DNA of 64,000 nt. Source: Macrostomum lignano (taxonomy: Eukaryota). Positions 12,658-25,327 of the stretch are shown here, in pieces. A program made the translations under genes and the position numbers. Each line of letters starts with the position of its first letter. Positions within the stretch are counted from its first letter, which is position 1. Below the pieces are notes generated by a model. That model worked only from the letters and a program-made list of their open reading frames with translations. It made no database searches and was not told the origin of the DNA. The stretch covers positions 62,001 to 126,000 of the forward strand of contig NIVC01000409.1 in the NCBI GenBank assembly GCA_002269645.1, written 5' to 3'.

Positions 12658-13026
12658 GTGATATTGAACTGTCGCAGGTAAAGTATAAATATACCAGTCG
12701 GAAGGCCAAAGGGGTTTTAAGTTCGTGTGCACCCCAAAATCAGTCTGACTTTCTCAACACAGCAGAACCCTCCTCAGACTCAACCGCAGAGACCTCAGAG
12801 CAGTTAGCATGGCCCTCTCCGGGCATAGCTGCTTCTCTTCGACAGTGATATTGAACTGTCGCAGGTAAAGTATAAATATACCAGTCGGAAGGCCAAAGGG
12901 GTTTTAAGTTCGTGTGCACCCCAAAATCAGTCTGACTTTCTCAACACAGCAGAACCCTCCTCAGACTCAACCGCAGAGACCTCAGAGCAGTTAGCATGGC
13001 CCTCTCCGGGCATAGCTGCTTCTCTT
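12658..13026. repeat. Direct tandem duplication, 187-bp period, 2 copies
   Basis: 12658-12839 and 12845-13026 appear identical, separated by CGACA. Confidence 0.9.
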
Positions 13027-13931
13027 GCCACCGCTTCTTTCAGGGCCAAGTACCTGAGGAGCGGTGCCCCTTCTGTCGCTCAGGCAGTCGCTCAGGCAGT
13101 GAAAATTTTCACCAGGGCCGGCTCACTCACCTCGGGCCAAACCTGGTTCTCTCCGACGTTTGCAGGCCCGAAAGCAAACCGTAGCTCGCAGCTCAAAAAC
13201 ATGGGACGACGAGCTGATTTTTTAACGGATCTAAAATTAATTAAGCTTCGCGTGAATTATTTGCTGAATCCCACCGTTGCTATACCAATTGTAATGGATG
13301 TAAACTTTTCTTAACTTGGTTAGCTTTAATCCTACACTCGATGCTGATGAGGACGCACTTTTTCCCAAATCCCGCGCTAGCACATGGGCTCTAAATTTAA
13401 TTGCCTACTAACAGTGGGCAATGGGCATTTTTATCCTTTTTCTGCGAATTTTCATAGAATCTATACTAGATATAATGTTTGGTCATACTAGTAGTCATAA
13501 TAACATAGGCGCAGCTTTTTGGGTCATAAATCATCGCTTTCGAAGCTGATCTGACAGCCACCTGCGCCTCACTCAGTGTTGAGGCGGGCGCCAGATGGTC
13601 TGAGAGGATGCGGGCGGTAGCTTTTTTCTCATCATTTTGACAGGCCATCAAGATTTATGAGGTCAGAGCCTATTGTTCGTGTTCACTCAAGCGTGTGACA
13701 GCTTTGACAGCTATGCGTTTTACCCCTAAAAGTACTTTGGGATTAGCGATTAGCGATTTCTCTTCATTATCTTCACTTTCTATTTAATAAGAGCTTTCTA
13801 ATGTGTATTTTTTCATTAATTTCTGTCAATCCTACGCGAAAGGTCATAAATCATTTTGTTGCGATTTTGATTGATTTATGGCCGCACCTGTCATCTTTTT
13901 ACGACCCTGTGGGAACTGATAGGATCTCCCG

Positions 13932-14064
13932 GTCACGTGATTCTGGGTAGCAACAAGCTTAGCCAATCAGAAAATTCGGCGCTCATTTTAACAAAACGGC
14001 TCAGCCAATCAGAATCGACGTGTTCCATTATAACAAACTGCGGTCCAGTTGGCGGCTATTTAAA
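13932..14064 (+). promoter_or_regulatory. Pol II promoter-like cluster: E-box, two CCAAT boxes, TATA-like box
   Basis: GTCACGTGA 13932-13940; AGCCAATCAGAA at 13961 and 14003; TATTTAAA 14057-14064. Function is inferred. Confidence 0.5.
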
Positions 14065-15516
14065 CCGGAGTTTTTGGCCCGCTCGGACCATTCCTCCCCC
14101 GGTTCCTGTTCCGACTCTGGCCTGGTTCCTACTCCACCGGCCCGGAACTGACCGTCGTTTCTTGATCCCCGGATTGCGACCTTCCCCCATCATCATCAAG
14201 GACGAGTCCCCCGGTCATCAGCAGCGAACATCAAGTTAAGAGCATCACCTGCTAGCTAACAGCGAATATTGTGACAGCATCATCCCGAGTCTACAGCTGC
14301 AGAGCATCGAGCCGATTCGGTCACTGTGGATTACCTGGTCTCCGGCTGTTGAGTTTCTGATTGGTTGGGTGAGAGGCTACCTAGACTTGCTTGATTGGGT
14401 GATCCCTTTTCTGTCCCCTGTTGCAGTAGCTGAATTAGGCGCACACTTTTGCTCATTTTGTTCAGTAGTGCTGTCGCTGAGGCAGAAATCATTCAATAAT
14501 ACTGCTAGTAGTCTAAGACTCCAATTCAATCTGAAGTGTGAAGTGAACTAAGGAGAAGGTTAAATCTAACAGTTATTTTTATCGGTTTTATTTCTTTGTT
14601 CGCCGATGGCTCAGATGAGTAGCTAAGCTAGTAGGCGCCGGTCACAGTGGACCAATGGCAAGGCAGTTCTCAGTCGACCAATCTATCAAATCAGTGAGCA
14701 AAACTGCCAGAAGTGCAGAATCGGCGCCAGAGATGTACTTTGTGCACTCTAGGGTAGCCAAGCGGCTCGGGTAAATGAATCATGCGGTCTCTGAAGTTCG
14801 AGTTAGTCTATCATCAGCGCTATGAGAGGCTAGTTGGCGCGTTGAAGGCCAAAAGTACATATCTTCGTATTTAGCAATGTAATAGTACATGCAGCTACCC
14901 CATAGACTCGCCACCGCAAGAATCCCCTGCACAAGTCCCCTCTGTACCTGCATGGCCAATTCGATCTAGTCCTAGCAGTGTCCCTTATCATCGGCTATGA
15001 CTTCGAGATTGACAGCAATAAGACACTAGTTGGCAGGTAAGTGCAAAGCCCCTTCTAGTCGGAAGCCCGATTTCGAGAGTCCCGGTGTGGTGAGCCAGGG
15101 CGCACGGGCTGGTGGCAGCAAGTTAGTTGATCTGCGGATTAACTAATTTCTACCTTCTAAATTCTCCCTGCTTGTCTCTCGCTGTCCCTCTCTTAGCTAT
15201 AGGACCTAGACTGCTCGCCACACGATCAAGCTACCATGGGGCTGACCATCTGACAGGAGTGGGGGGCCAGGTCTCTAATTGATTTATTTCTGAGCATGAG
15301 GCCCGAAGGCTTCCCTAACAAGGAGCCCCAAGGTCGAAACCCATCAATGCTACCAAATGAAATAGGCCGTGTAAAATTAAATAACTTGACACTGTTAATG
15401 GTTAAATTATTTGTTAAGTCCGGCTCCAGTCTTATTACTAGTGAGTAATAAATCCTGGTCCCGCGATCTGGTACTATGCGGAATTGGGCTTATCATCCCG
15501 CCCGTCCCAGAATTCC

Positions 15517-15872
15517 CCTGGGCTATCTGTCTCTCTAGGATTCCAGATCTCCGCTGGGCTATCTGTCTCTCTAGGATTCCAGATCTCCGCTGGGCTATCT
15601 GTCTCTCTAGGATTCCAGATCTCCGCTGGGCTATCTGTCTCTCTAGGATTCCAGATCTCCGCTGGGCTATCTGTCTCTCTAGGATTCCAGATCTCCGCTG
15701 GGCTATCTGTCTCTCTAGGATTCCAGATCTCCGCTGGGCTATCTGTCTCTCTAGGATTCCAGATCTCCGCTGGGCTATCTGTCTCTCTAGGATTCCAGAT
15801 CTCCGCTGGGCTATCTGTCTCTCTAGGATTCCAGATCTCCGCTGGGCTATCTGTCTCTCTAGGATTCCAGAT
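15517..15872. repeat. 36-bp minisatellite, ~10 essentially identical copies
   Basis: Unit GCTGGGCTATCTGTCTCTCTAGGATTCCAGATCTCC head-to-tail with no spacers. Confidence 0.95.
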
Positions 15873-16369
15873 TCCAGGCCTGGCTTACACAAGCCACTAT
15901 TAACTAAGACCAGGCTGATACGGCAAAAGAGCTAATATCAAGCGGTGGGCAAGGCAGGGGGGGGACTTCAAATTGGTGCGCGCGGTATTTATACCGAAAG
16001 TTCAGTGCATTAAAACAAATAATTGGCATAACGTCGCGCAATTCCCGTACAATAATAATCTGCGCTTGTGCATGAACTTCAGTGAATAAATTTGCACGCA
16101 TTAGTAATCCTAGCTCTCATTAGTACTTTTAACATTATTACGTATACTAGTAGTCCAAGGAGCCCTATCACAGTTTATTTCCCCCCGCCGGTGAGGATCG
16201 GACCATCGCTGCAGATCGACATCACTTCGACGGAAGGCATTGGTCGCCAGGGGCTAGCGAAATGGGCAGTCACGGCCTACTCGCTGTATTTGACGGACGA
16301 TGTCCCCTGCAGCTAAGTCAAGTAATTGTCAAAGTCGTACGCGATGTCTTCGCACCGATCTTTTCTACA

Positions 16370-16500
16370 CCAGAAGCTAGACCCTTGCCACCGTGATGAC
16401 ACCAGACGTACTGTCCGACCTGTTCAACCCGACCTCGGGGATGCGACGCGACACGCACCTTTTCGTGTTGGTGCTCGATAGGGTGCTGCGGAGAGGGGGG
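16370..16500 (+). pseudogene. Degenerate non-LTR retrotransposon reverse-transcriptase fragment
   Basis: Translation TVMTPDVLSDLFNPTSGMRRDTHLFVLVLDRVLR resembles the LINE RT segment F..SGV.QGD.L.P.LF.LV.D.VLR with a deletion. Recognised by eye only. Confidence 0.45.
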
Positions 16501-16675
16501 GGCTGTGGGGCATGGCTGGTGATCAGCTTCTACTCTTTTAGGGAAGTCGAGATGTCAGTCTTGATATTCTTCTAATTCTGCATTGGCGCTTTGCTTGATA
16601 AGTGAATTAAAAAAAGGGACTTTTAAGAGAATGAAGGATTTACTTTTTTAGGGATAGCGATGTATGCCTGTAGCG

Positions 16676-17705
16676 ATGGACGTTTGCCTGCGAGACGTTT
16701 GCCAGCCGATTTTTGCCAGCCGAAGTTTGCCAGCCGATGTTTGCCAGCCGATATTTGCCAGCCGACGTTTGCCTGCAGGACGTTTGCCAGCCGGCCGACG
16801 TTTGCCTGCGAGACGTTTGCCAGCCGATGTTCGCCAGCCGATGTTTGCCAGCCGACGTTTGCAGCTTGCGGGACGTTTTGCCAGCCGACGTTTGCCAGCC
16901 GAAGTTTTCCAGCCGAGGTTTGCCAGCCGACGTTTGCCAGCCGACGTTGCCAGCCGACGTTTGCCAGCCGACGTTTGCCTGCGAGACGTTTGCCAGCCGA
17001 TGTTTGCCAGCAGATGTTTGCCAGCAGATGTTTGCCAGCCGACGTTTGCAGCTTGCGGGACGTTTTGCCAGCCGACGTTTGCCAGCCGAAGTTTTCCAGC
17101 CGAGGTTTGCCAGCCGATGTTTGCCAGCCGACGTTGCCAGCCGACGTTTGCCAGCCGACGTTTGCCTGCGGGACGTTTGCTTGGCTTTTGAGTTAAGTAT
17201 AGGCGAGACTAATTAAGCCAATACCATTATGGATGTCTCAGTCTTTTCCCATTTAGCTTGTAAACACTTAGCTTGTTTGGCCACACTGATGGAAATGGCC
17301 ATTCCATATGGCATACATAAACACCAACTGTGACGATGGAAACTCCTATTTTGTATTTTTACCTTTATATTTAGGCAGACAAGAGCAATAACTTCAATAA
17401 GGCTAAACATTAGTTTTTTAGTAAACTAGTATATTTACATGTAACAGTAGTAGTAGGGAGCGAGCTGGAATTAGATTAGTGCTATATCCACAGTTTTCAA
17501 ACGCAAGTACATGTAAGCCTAGAGGGCAACTTCTTTAACCAAAATAGCCGCCTGCTGCAAATGTCCGGCTGGCCAACGTCCCGCAGGCAAACGTCGGCTG
17601 GCAAACGTCCAGCAGGCAAACGTCGGCTGGCAAACGTCCAGCAGGCAAACGTCGGCTGGCAAACGTTGGCAGGCAAACGGGCCGGCAGGCAAACTTCGCA
17701 GACCC
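16676..17705. mobile_element. Element with opposed GC-rich (GCCAGCCGACGTTT)n arrays, foldback/MITE-like
   Basis: Array at 16676-17180 and its reverse complement (AAACGTCGGCTGGC) at ~17570-17705, around a ~390-bp AT-rich spacer. Exact termini and TSD not found. Confidence 0.5.
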
Positions 17706-18778
17706 GTCAGCTTCAACGTAGGCGAGTCAGCACAGCTAGCTGGCAATGGTTAAGGCCGGACTTTAGGATAATGGGTTTTGTGGCGTAAATCGAGTTTTGA
17801 AGATGATGCATGTGCATACAGATTATAGTAGTTTCTATTTAGCAGGTGCAAGCTGCTGAAACGCCTAAGGGCCCAAAGTTGCTGGCCCGCATAGCAAAAT
17901 TACGTATCCAAATAGAATGTGGAACGTCTCCGATGCGTAACTTTTTTGGTTGCAGGAACGTCCTTGATACGTATCCAATTTTTATGATCCTCTTAAGAAG
18001 CTCGTTTCTACAAAAATGGTGAACAGATAATGCTTGTAATTTTATTTATTATTTATTCCACTTTCCAATATATTCCAATATTCCATATATTTTAATATAT
18101 TTATTTGGTATTGGATACGTAATTTTGCTATGCGGGTGGCTATACGAGTAAAATTGTAATTGTAAAAAGCTTTTTAGAACAATGTTAAAAATATGATGCA
18201 CAAGTTCCTCTAAAATATTTTCTGAATTTTCCGGTAATTTCAAAACTCGTTTCTTGATTGCAGAAACATTAAGTATTTGCCTTTAAATAATTAGCTATTT
18301 TTGGGAATAGCATTAAACCAATAAATGCGTTGGTATGACAATTACTGTCTGTAGCACAGCTATTTCTTAAAATATGCCGTTTGTTTTACCAAGAGAGCTT
18401 CTGTGAAATTATCGCGCAAGTTTGACATAGATTCACCAAGATAAAAATTCTACACATCTTTTAAAATTCACACTCTACACATCTTACACATCTTAAATAC
18501 TACATCTTTTTACAAAAAACGCTCTTTCAAATACCTTAATAATTTTACAAATATCGTAACTCGCATCGTAACTCGTGTAAAAATTTAACCTTTTGAACAA
18601 ATTTAACCTTTTGAACTTAATCGTAATTAAACAACTAATGCTAAAATAACTTAAATACACAGAAATATACTGGCCAAACAGGCTTCTTGCCTGAGCCAAC
18701 TTCCTACTACTACTACTACTACTAAATTTTTGTGGGCTGACATTAATTGCATGAAACGGTGGTAGAGGGTTCCCATTT

Positions 18779-18967
18779 CAGTAGCACAACCAGAAATTTT
18801 TTGAGGGGGAGGGCAGATTCTGGAGAGTAAAGTCCCGGGAGGGGGGTGGGGGCGGAGGGGTGGCTCTGTTTTTGGCAAAAATTTGCTTGGTCCCCCTTTT
18901 GATTTTTGAGTCTCCGCCTAAAGCGACCTAAGGGGGGGGGCGACCGCCCCCCTTGGTTGCGCCACTG
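18779..18967. mobile_element. ~190-bp hAT-like MITE remnant
   Basis: CAGTAGCACAACCA versus reverse complement CAGTGGCGCAACCA; G-run-rich interior; no TSD found. Confidence 0.5.
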
Positions 18968-19271
18968 GGTGTTCCTGATTGAAAATCATATATGAAAAGA
19001 GCTTGTATATTGGATTTTAGCCCAGATAGGCCCTTAAAACAATTGGCTTTCAAAAAATAAAAATAGGTCCAGGATTTTTTGTTAAAAAAAGAATTACTAA
19101 TTCTAGATTTATACTAGCTAGGCCTATTGCTGGCCATATATGATATATCAAATTTAAATTTAAATTAACTTTATATAAAAATATGGATGTCCACATATTT
19201 ATTCTAGGCCATTTTCTATTTCTATTTACAATACTAACTGACTACTTGCCAGAACCAAAACTAGATAGGCG

Positions 19272-19642
19272 CCATAGCTGGGAAGGTGGCAGTTTTTAGT
19301 GAATTTCCCAGCGCAAATTGGCCCTTTTTTGGCATACACGGCGTACAAGGAAAAATTGGAAATGCTCTGGCGGCGCACACTACAATGATGCCTGTTCTGA
19401 TGACAGCTCCAATGCCAGTGAAGAATCCAGCGATTTGGACATTGACTAATGAGTATTACTCATCCATTGTGTATGACTTATGTAATGCCACTTTTACCTT
19501 ACCTTACCTTACCTTACCTTAGACTTACCTTATCATGGCGCGCTGCGGTGCACAAAATCTTTTCTTCAGGGCGCATGGCGCACAGTGCTCAAAAGCCATC
19601 AAAATAGTTCCGGCGCACACTATGCCACCTTCCCAACTATGG
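19272..19642. mobile_element. 371-bp MITE with 8-bp TSD (P-element- or hAT-like)
   Basis: 20-bp TIR CCATAG(C/T)TGGGAAGGTGGCA with 1 mismatch; TSD GATAGGCG at 19264-19271 and 19643-19650; internal (ACCTT)n tract. Confidence 0.85.
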
Positions 19643-20306
19643 GATAGGCGGCATAGGCATAGGGCCCAAGTAAGGGCCCAAGCTACCCAGATAACAAATA
19701 ACTGTCCTAGGGAATTCATACTATGGTCTCTCCAAGCATCTTGCTTCAATGTCCCAGAATTTTCTGGTCAGATATCAATATAGACATTCTTATCCAATGT
19801 TGCAGACTTGCAGGCACATTGAAACTGGACATTACTGTTAAGAAATGTTAAAGGGTCTCTGAAAGGGTTGTAAAAATATTGTAGTTGAGCAGTCATTCTT
19901 CTATATGTGTTATAGTATAGTATTCATACTTTGCTAAAATATAACTTTTGTGATTTGCTGAAATATTATTTTGCCAAAATGTTTTATAGTCATCTTAATC
20001 ATTCATATAGGCCTTTATATATTATTTTTTATATGCATTCATGAATTGCTTCTATATATCATACTGGACTCTGGAAAGATCTTTACACATAAGTAAAACA
20101 GCAGCATTTTTAGCTAGTTCAACTTTAAAGCCACAAAACAAAAGCTTCTTGCAAAGAAAAAAGTTTTTATAAACAAAAGTATTTTAACTTCCATTTAGTA
20201 ATCATAATTTATATCAGTTATAGGACTAGTTTTATTTGTTATAGCTAGGGGTGGCAAAGCCTAATATTTTAGATCAGACAATAGCCAATAGACATAGGGC
20301 ATAGAG

Positions 20307-21201
20307 CAGGGGTCAGCAAACTTTTTTCAGTGCGGGCCGGATTGGATGACTGGCTGAGGTGGTGGGCCAGAAAAAATGCGCAACAAATTGAGGCTATAAA
20401 TGACAATTTGGTATCCTATAGAATCGTTCGTTTAATTATTTTTTGCTTATTTTCAATTCCTTTCTAATTTTAAAGTAAAAAATAAAACAAGTGAATGATC
20501 CAACAGTTGTCTGAATTGAATTTCCGCTAGTTTTTTAGAACTGGACTTTGTTCAAAATTAGACGTGAAAAGGTGTATTGGCAGCTTGGCAGCTAATTTTT
20601 CAATCTCAAATGCATCTCCCTTTAAAAGTCCCCCAGCCCCGCCTTTTGACCATAGACATGCATATTAATGCTTTGTGCATGCAAAACTGATACTATTTTA
20701 AGAATTCCTGATATCAGCGCACAAATTCAAATACAAGTGTATTGTAGAGAGATGTGTCCTAGATAAAATTACCCAGTAACACTCTTAACCAACGTTAAAG
20801 TAATACCCTCGTGTCGTGATATGGCAATTGACTATAGCAAACAATTTAGCTGCCAGTACATGTAAACTGTTAGATTGTTAACTTGTTTCATATTTTTGGA
20901 CTCTAAAAATAAACAGGAATCGAATTGAAACAAAAAAATAATTTAACAAACAATTCTATAGGATAGCCAACAATTTTATATGATAGAACAAATACAATCA
21001 ACAACACCGCAATTGAAATTGACACAGGATTGTGACAGGAATGCCGAGGTGAAAGCTAATTTTGCTTGTAAGTTAAATGTTTTAACACAAAATTGGTTCG
21101 CGGGCCACTTTTACACTGTTAGATAGTAAGAGTGCTGCGGGCCGGACTTGAAGATGTCGCGGGCCAGATCTGGCCCGCGGGCCGCAGTTTGCCAACCCCT
21201 G
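20307..21201. mobile_element. 895-bp non-autonomous hAT (Charlie-like) element
   Basis: TIR CAGGGGTCAGCAAAC / CAGGGGTTGGCAAAC; subterminal GGCCCGCGGGCCG motifs; TSD GCATAGAG at 20299-20306 and 21202-21209. Confidence 0.9.
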
Positions 21202-21254
21202 GCATAGAGGCAACAGGCATGATGGTTCTTTTAAGCTATTAATTAGGATTAAAA

Positions 21255-21560
21255 TTAGGCATACATGTGCAACCTCTAAAATTTGGTTGGCCATGCAACT
21301 TAGTTTTAACAAAAAATGTGACAGTTTTTGGCTAAAAATGCAACTTATATATAAAAGAAATCCTAAAGCAAAATTAATGCAACTGAGTAAATACCAAGAG
21401 TAACTATGACTGTCTTATGAAGGAAAAATGCCTCATTATCTACTTAGTACTACTTAGATATTTATTTGGGTAAGCATTTTTGCAACTTACCTTGGTTTGC
21501 TACCAAATTGGTCGGCCGGATTGGCCGACTTGGTCAACTATTGCACATGTATGAAAAAAT
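21255..21560 (-). repeat. Diverged dispersed repeat, copy 2 (inverted relative to 1690-2000)
   Basis: Reverse-complement similarity to 1690-2000; boundaries approximate. Confidence 0.65.
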
Positions 21561-24500
21561 TAATGTAAATTTCAAGCAATACTTTTATATCTTATTGTGT
21601 CCTCATTATGTATCCTATTTTATTTATAGTAATATAATATCCCAAATGTGACGTATCCTAAAGGTTTTAATGATATTTATGTAATGAATAGTTATTATGT
21701 TTCATGTATATTTTGAAACAATATATTAGTAAGTAATAGAAATAAAAGCTTATTTTCATCTTATAGTACTGTCTATTTTTTTATTGCATTATGATTTTAA
21801 CTAACTAAATACCAGGTAAGACAAAATGTTACTAATACATTTTATGGAATGGAATTCTTAAGCAATGTCTCCACTTATCTTTTTCTCTTAAAGACTAGAA
21901 AATAGTCTAGATTATAGAAACTTTTTTATTTTCATAACTTATTTACTTATTTTTTTATTCACTTTTTAAAAAATGGTAAATTTGTTAGCAGTTATATAAA
22001 GCAAAAAGGGCGATAAGGTAGGCTTAAATCAAAAACAAATAAATCAATGACCATGAGTTTTTGTGTTAGCATGATAGAAGAAGTCAAGCAAGGTTAGAAC
22101 AAAATGAACAAAGTAAAAGCAAATATTTGAGATAAAATAGGAAATGCAAATAGGAGTAACAGGTAGATAGAAAAGGGTAGGGAAAAATAAAAAGGCATAT
22201 TATTCTTCCATGATATCTCTAACTAGTTTGTTGTCCTCCAAATGCCTTGCCCTAGATGACCACAGCTTATAACTTGTTGTTCCTTAGTCATCTAACAAAC
22301 TAGCATAATAGCAAAAAAATAATTTATCTCTTGTTCTTTTGTTTAAAATGAAAATAGGTAATTAATCATTACTAAATATACCAAAAACTATTTTATTAGT
22401 ATATCAGATCAGGAAACATAGGCCTATTGTAATTGCTATCTAAATTAAAATACCTAGGAATGTCATCAGTTAAATAGTTACTTTATGGTCAAGCTATCAG
22501 TTGATAAACTAATTTAATAAATTATCTGCAAAGCAAAGAAAATAAAAAAAATATATTTATTTAATTCTAAAATAAGATTTTGAATATAGGTATATAATAT
22601 AAGATCATTTTATAGTGTAACAGGGGTTATACTTCTGTCTTTACAAATGATTCCATCTCTGTCACTAAGTTGTTACAGGGCTTGACTTCTGTCTTTATAA
22701 ATTGTTCTAATGTTGATAGCTGCCACCAAGACTATTCTATTAATAAATTATAAGTTTATTAATCTTAGAATAAGTCTGAGAAATGTTTCTTAGAATTAGT
22801 CTGAGTATATATCTGAGTAGTTGTCTGAGTATATATTTGAGAATTTGTCTGAGTATATTGTTCTGGTTGCATTCTACTAATAATTTGGCCTGAGTGGTAT
22901 ATTGGTCTACTGGTATATGTACTGCATGTACTTCCAATCCTAGGCATTACCAAGATCAGAGGGTCACAGCCTCCAGTTATTCTTATATGTATCAATTTAG
23001 GATCTACTTTGTATTCTCTTACTACTTCCACTTCTCAGTAGTATATACTGTATATGCTTCAGTCTACTTCACTCTTACTTTTACAAATGAATAATCTCAG
23101 AAAATAGCTTCACTTATATTTGCCTGGAACACTCCTTTCTTAGTATGCTCACTTATTACTTCTTTCTTAGGAACTGCTCTGGAGCCAGTTGCTCTCTCCT
23201 TGGCTCAGATCGCATCTATTTATACTAAAATTTTGAGTAGTTTTAAACAAAAATTAATCTAAGATCATCAAAACATTACTAGGCATATCATATTCATATG
23301 TATAAAAACAAAGGTTTTTGAGAATCAAAGCTAAGTTCTTTAAGATTTTAAAGGCTATTATAACTTATAATATGACATTAGAAGATAAAAAGGATAAGAT
23401 GCATTACTAATGTCTATCAATAATTATAGAAACAATCTTACATTACAAGATTTTCAATGACATTGAAAAAAGTTGACTTATACTTATAGCATGTTAAAAT
23501 TACAATTAATATTGACTCAAACCCCTAACCTAGGTCTCTTTTATTGAAAGCAAAAGCTATTTAAACTTCAAAGAGATATTTAAGCCGATTAACTTTATAT
23601 TTAAAAGCTTACACTAAGTCTAAGGTTTCAAACTGCATGACTGCATGAAAATGCATGACACTAGCAAGGGAGACAAACCAAGGTGGAGCATGCCCCTATG
23701 ATAGGTTGAATATATTCCAATGAGCTTAGAACAAAAGCAATTTAAAGACAACTGTGGCTACTTTAAAAGGGGGAAAATAAAACTGAATAAAAATTGAGCT
23801 TGTAAATTTTAGGCAGAGTAGCTGGGCCACAGCAGTCCCACATGGCTTAAAAAAACCCCAAGGGCCAGGGTAGGGGGCTCAGGGGCTCTTTCCTCTATTG
23901 TTAAAATTGGTATAAACATATATTAAGCATAATTTTATTTCTTAGAGACCTTTACTCTTTTTAAAAGTAATAAAAGGATACAAAAGATGTTTTTTTGTGA
24001 TAGCTATATAGACTATTAAAATTTTTTTTATTTGTTGCAAAATCATGGTTACATAGTGGTAATAATGTTAAAAAGATTGCCAATGTAACCAGGCAATTTC
24101 AAGTTTATTCTATACTTATGTAATAGACAGTGGGGGGGACAGCGCACAAATTCATGTTTATTTAATCTAGAATTTATCATTAAATTTCACAATTTTAAGT
24201 TTTAAATGGTTTTTACTTTTTTATGGTACATTAAAATGATATACCCTGAAGACCACTGTGCTGAATAAAAATTCTGCTTGGGAATGTTAAGTATTACTAA
24301 ACATTCAAATATCCAACTGAAAAATTCTAGGGGGGGATTTTGGGAGGAAGCATGTGCCCCTCCCCCTAGTGCCACAAGCTCCTACTTAAGCAAAGGAAAG
24401 TAACAACTAAGCAAGATAAAAGTTAGGCAATGACTAAATGCCATAGCATATTCACATGCTAGTAAAGCTAAAATTGGTCTTTGTATCTGCTGGGCTGCTG

Positions 24501-25327
24501 TCTTTGCTTTGCTCCAATTCTTTAGTCAGAGCCTCTTTAGTATTGCTTTGGTCTTCTTTAGTTGTCAAATCATTTTGTATTGTCTAAAGTACCTAAATCA
24601 TCTCCTAGGTAGCCTTGCACACTTTTATTGACTTGCTTCTTGAGCAGCTTGCTTTCTAGCATGGTATCTGCAATAGTGATATAGCATTGACAATTTCATT
24701 GATAAGAATCAGGAAGGGAGCATAGTATAGTCTCATGCATTATAGTGATCCTACTTATGAAGGCCTTTGAAACATTTGACTTCTTATGGCAAGTGGCTAT
24801 AAATTTTGTCCAAACCTAGCTTTATACAGGTGGTGCTAGCTTTATAAAAATTCTCTAACAGTATTCTATAGGCTTCTGCAAAATACAAAATTATTTAATA
24901 TTTGAATTTACAATAGTATGTTATAAACCAAATATCAAATATGAATCAATCAAGTAAAGTAGAAAAGGATGACTTTATAAGTTTTGGCAAGCTCATGTGA
25001 CTATGTTATATATTATATTTCTTGATAATATACCTTTTTAAATGCTTTCTTCAATTAAAAATGAATAAAAACCTCAATCTTTTTTTGCAGTATTTCTAAT
25101 AAATTCTAAAATTCTAAAGTCTAAAAACTAATAAATTATACATTATAAATCAAATAGCCAAATAACTATGATAGCCATATAAGAATGAATTGAAAATGTA
25201 GGTATAATGCCTATTGCTAGGTTAAGTAGAGATATAGTTAAGTAGCAATAGGCAAGTAGCAAAGACAATAACTCTCTTGATCTTTATGTAGCATATGTAA
25301 GGTTTTGACACTGCACAGAGCCAAGTA

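Noticed and set aside
14140-14225. Minus-strand hammerhead (CTGATGA...GAAACGACGGTC)
   Set aside because: Stem I and the stem II closing pair do not form. CTGATGAG at about 1809 and 13344 also lacks a valid stem II-GAAA.
15517-15872. CRISPR array (36-bp repeat; also the 45-bp repeat at 40179)
   Set aside because: Units are head-to-tail with no unique spacers, there are no cas genes, and the context is eukaryotic.
13694-15940. Solo LTR bounded by TG...CA with TSD AGCG
   Set aside because: A 4-bp match is expected by chance given the many candidate ends; there is no second LTR or PBS.
24420-24790. Identifiable gene or transposase on the minus strand
   Set aside because: Looks coding-derived but has many stops and no motif I can name.
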